Of a stretch of DNA of 64,000 nucleotides, positions 62,709 through 64,000 are shown piece by piece. How positions within the stretch are numbered: position 1 is the stretch's first letter; each line of letters starts with the position of its first letter. The DNA is from Eledone cirrhosa (lineage: Eukaryota): assembly GCA_964016885.1 (NCBI GenBank), contig OZ024747.1, positions 37,820,001 to 37,884,000 of the forward strand, read 5' to 3'. The notes under the pieces are model-generated. The model was not told the DNA's origin and did no database searches. It saw only the letters and a list, made by a program, of their open reading frames with translations. Position numbers and translations under genes: made by a program.

Positions 62709-64000
62709 ATGGCTATGCTAAGAGTAGGCTGTTTAAATGCGCGTGGCCTGGGCTCAACTTGGAAGCAAGCAATGCTTCTAAATGACCTCAGGTCACAACG
62801 TATAGATGTGATGGTTATTTGCGAGGCCCGGATCAGCAACGTGCGACAGCTGGCCCCCACCTTTGATGACTTTGAGATGCACGCATCTCTCTGTCAGCCC
62901 GGAGGTGGGGGTGGGGTTCTCGTTCTGCTGCAAAAACATCTGGGTCTCGCAACACAGATGGTACATTTGGACCCGGAGGGTCGACTAGTGGTTCTGGACC
63001 TTGGCAGTGGTGAAGGCGGAGCGTTTAGGTTGGTAGCCGCATACGGCCCTTTCGGGTCAATGCGACCGGACTTCTTCCATCGTCTGGAGACTTTTCTAGG
63101 GACGTCCCGCTCCTTGCTATTAGTGGGCGACTAGAATGGTATCCTAGATGCACGCTGGGACTACGTAGGGGCCTGTCCCGATAGAGAGGGGTGTAATAGC
63201 CTCAAAGGGTTAATCGGTCGATTTGATCTGGCCGATAGATATCGACTAGATTTTCCGACTGCGCCAACCTGGACTTGGGCAAATCGTAGCGGATCATCTA
63301 GGTCGTACCTAGATAGGTTCTTAGTTAGAATTAAGGATAAGGACTTTTTAAGTTGTCCAAAAATGGGCATGGTTGGCTATTCAGACCACAAGTTAGTGAC
63401 CTGCATGGTCAACCTTGACAGAACTCATAGACAGGGACCCGGTTACTGGAAGCTCAACTTGTCCTTACCGGCAAGTAAGGCTTACAGGGACCGGATTAAC
63501 ACTTTAGTTAAGGAGCGGTTGACGGGCGCCATCGTCAACAGCAGGTGGTGATCTCTCAAAAGAGAGATTAGAGTAGTCTCTATAGAATTTAGTAAGGAGT
63601 TAGCCTCAAATAGAAATAGGAAGGAAAGGGAGTTGGCAGATAGTGTAGAAGAAGCAATTAGAAGCGGCGACGTGGCCAGAGTGCTAGCGTCGAGAACGGC
63701 TCTGGGCCAGTTCTTCGACGCGAAACACGAAGGCTGCATCGTCCGAAGCAAAATACGTGCTCTGGGAAATGAGGGGACCAAAGCTGTTAGCTGGGCCCGC
63801 GTAACAGAAGCCAAAAGAGGGAGCAGATCCACTATCCGGTCTTTACGAGACCAGGATGGACGGGTGATCCTTGAACCTAAGCAGATGTGCGAGGCTTTTC
63901 AAAAGCACTTTACCGGATTGTTCGAAGGGGCGGGGAGCCGGTTGAGGATGTGGACTTCGGTCCATACCTCGACGGCCTGCCGCGTCTCTTGGACAGGGAG
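62709..64000 (+). mobile_element. Tx1/L1-clade LINE ORF2 (AP endonuclease), with stop codons, running off the window end
   Basis: Motifs LRVGCLNARGL, DPEGRLVVLD, FRLVAAY.P, LVGD*N, WTW, SRSYLDR, YSDHKLV and GPGYWKLN. Confidence 0.9.

Overview
AT-rich, repeat-dominated animal genomic DNA. The SINE and LINE content resembles octopod cephalopods; this is an inference. No host protein-coding gene is supported, and almost all ORF-track entries are microsatellite artefacts or transposon fragments. The window holds six decayed Penelope-like elements (PLEs; RT + GIY-YIG; Neptune-, Nematis- and Naiad-like). It also has R4/Dong, CR1, RTE and Tx1/L1 LINE fragments, non-autonomous Helitrons plus a Pif1 fragment, two mariner-type MITEs, about a dozen tRNA-derived SINEs, two minisatellites and many (TA)n arrays. 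The main hidden signal is RNA-level: about 20 type I hammerhead ribozyme (HHR) motifs, readable by eye, from more than 10 families. They include a ~1-kb non-coding tandem unit whose HHR has a ~95-nt structured stem-II domain that covaries with a diverged copy at 38.8 kb. They also include a 469-nt circularly permuted retrozyme-like element with a canonical minimal HHR and an octamer-containing cassette, inserted into the catalytic core of the first element's HHR. Many insertions share one architecture: (TA)n, long arm, inversion, short arm, (TA)n. All structures were assigned manually; no folding or database search was run.
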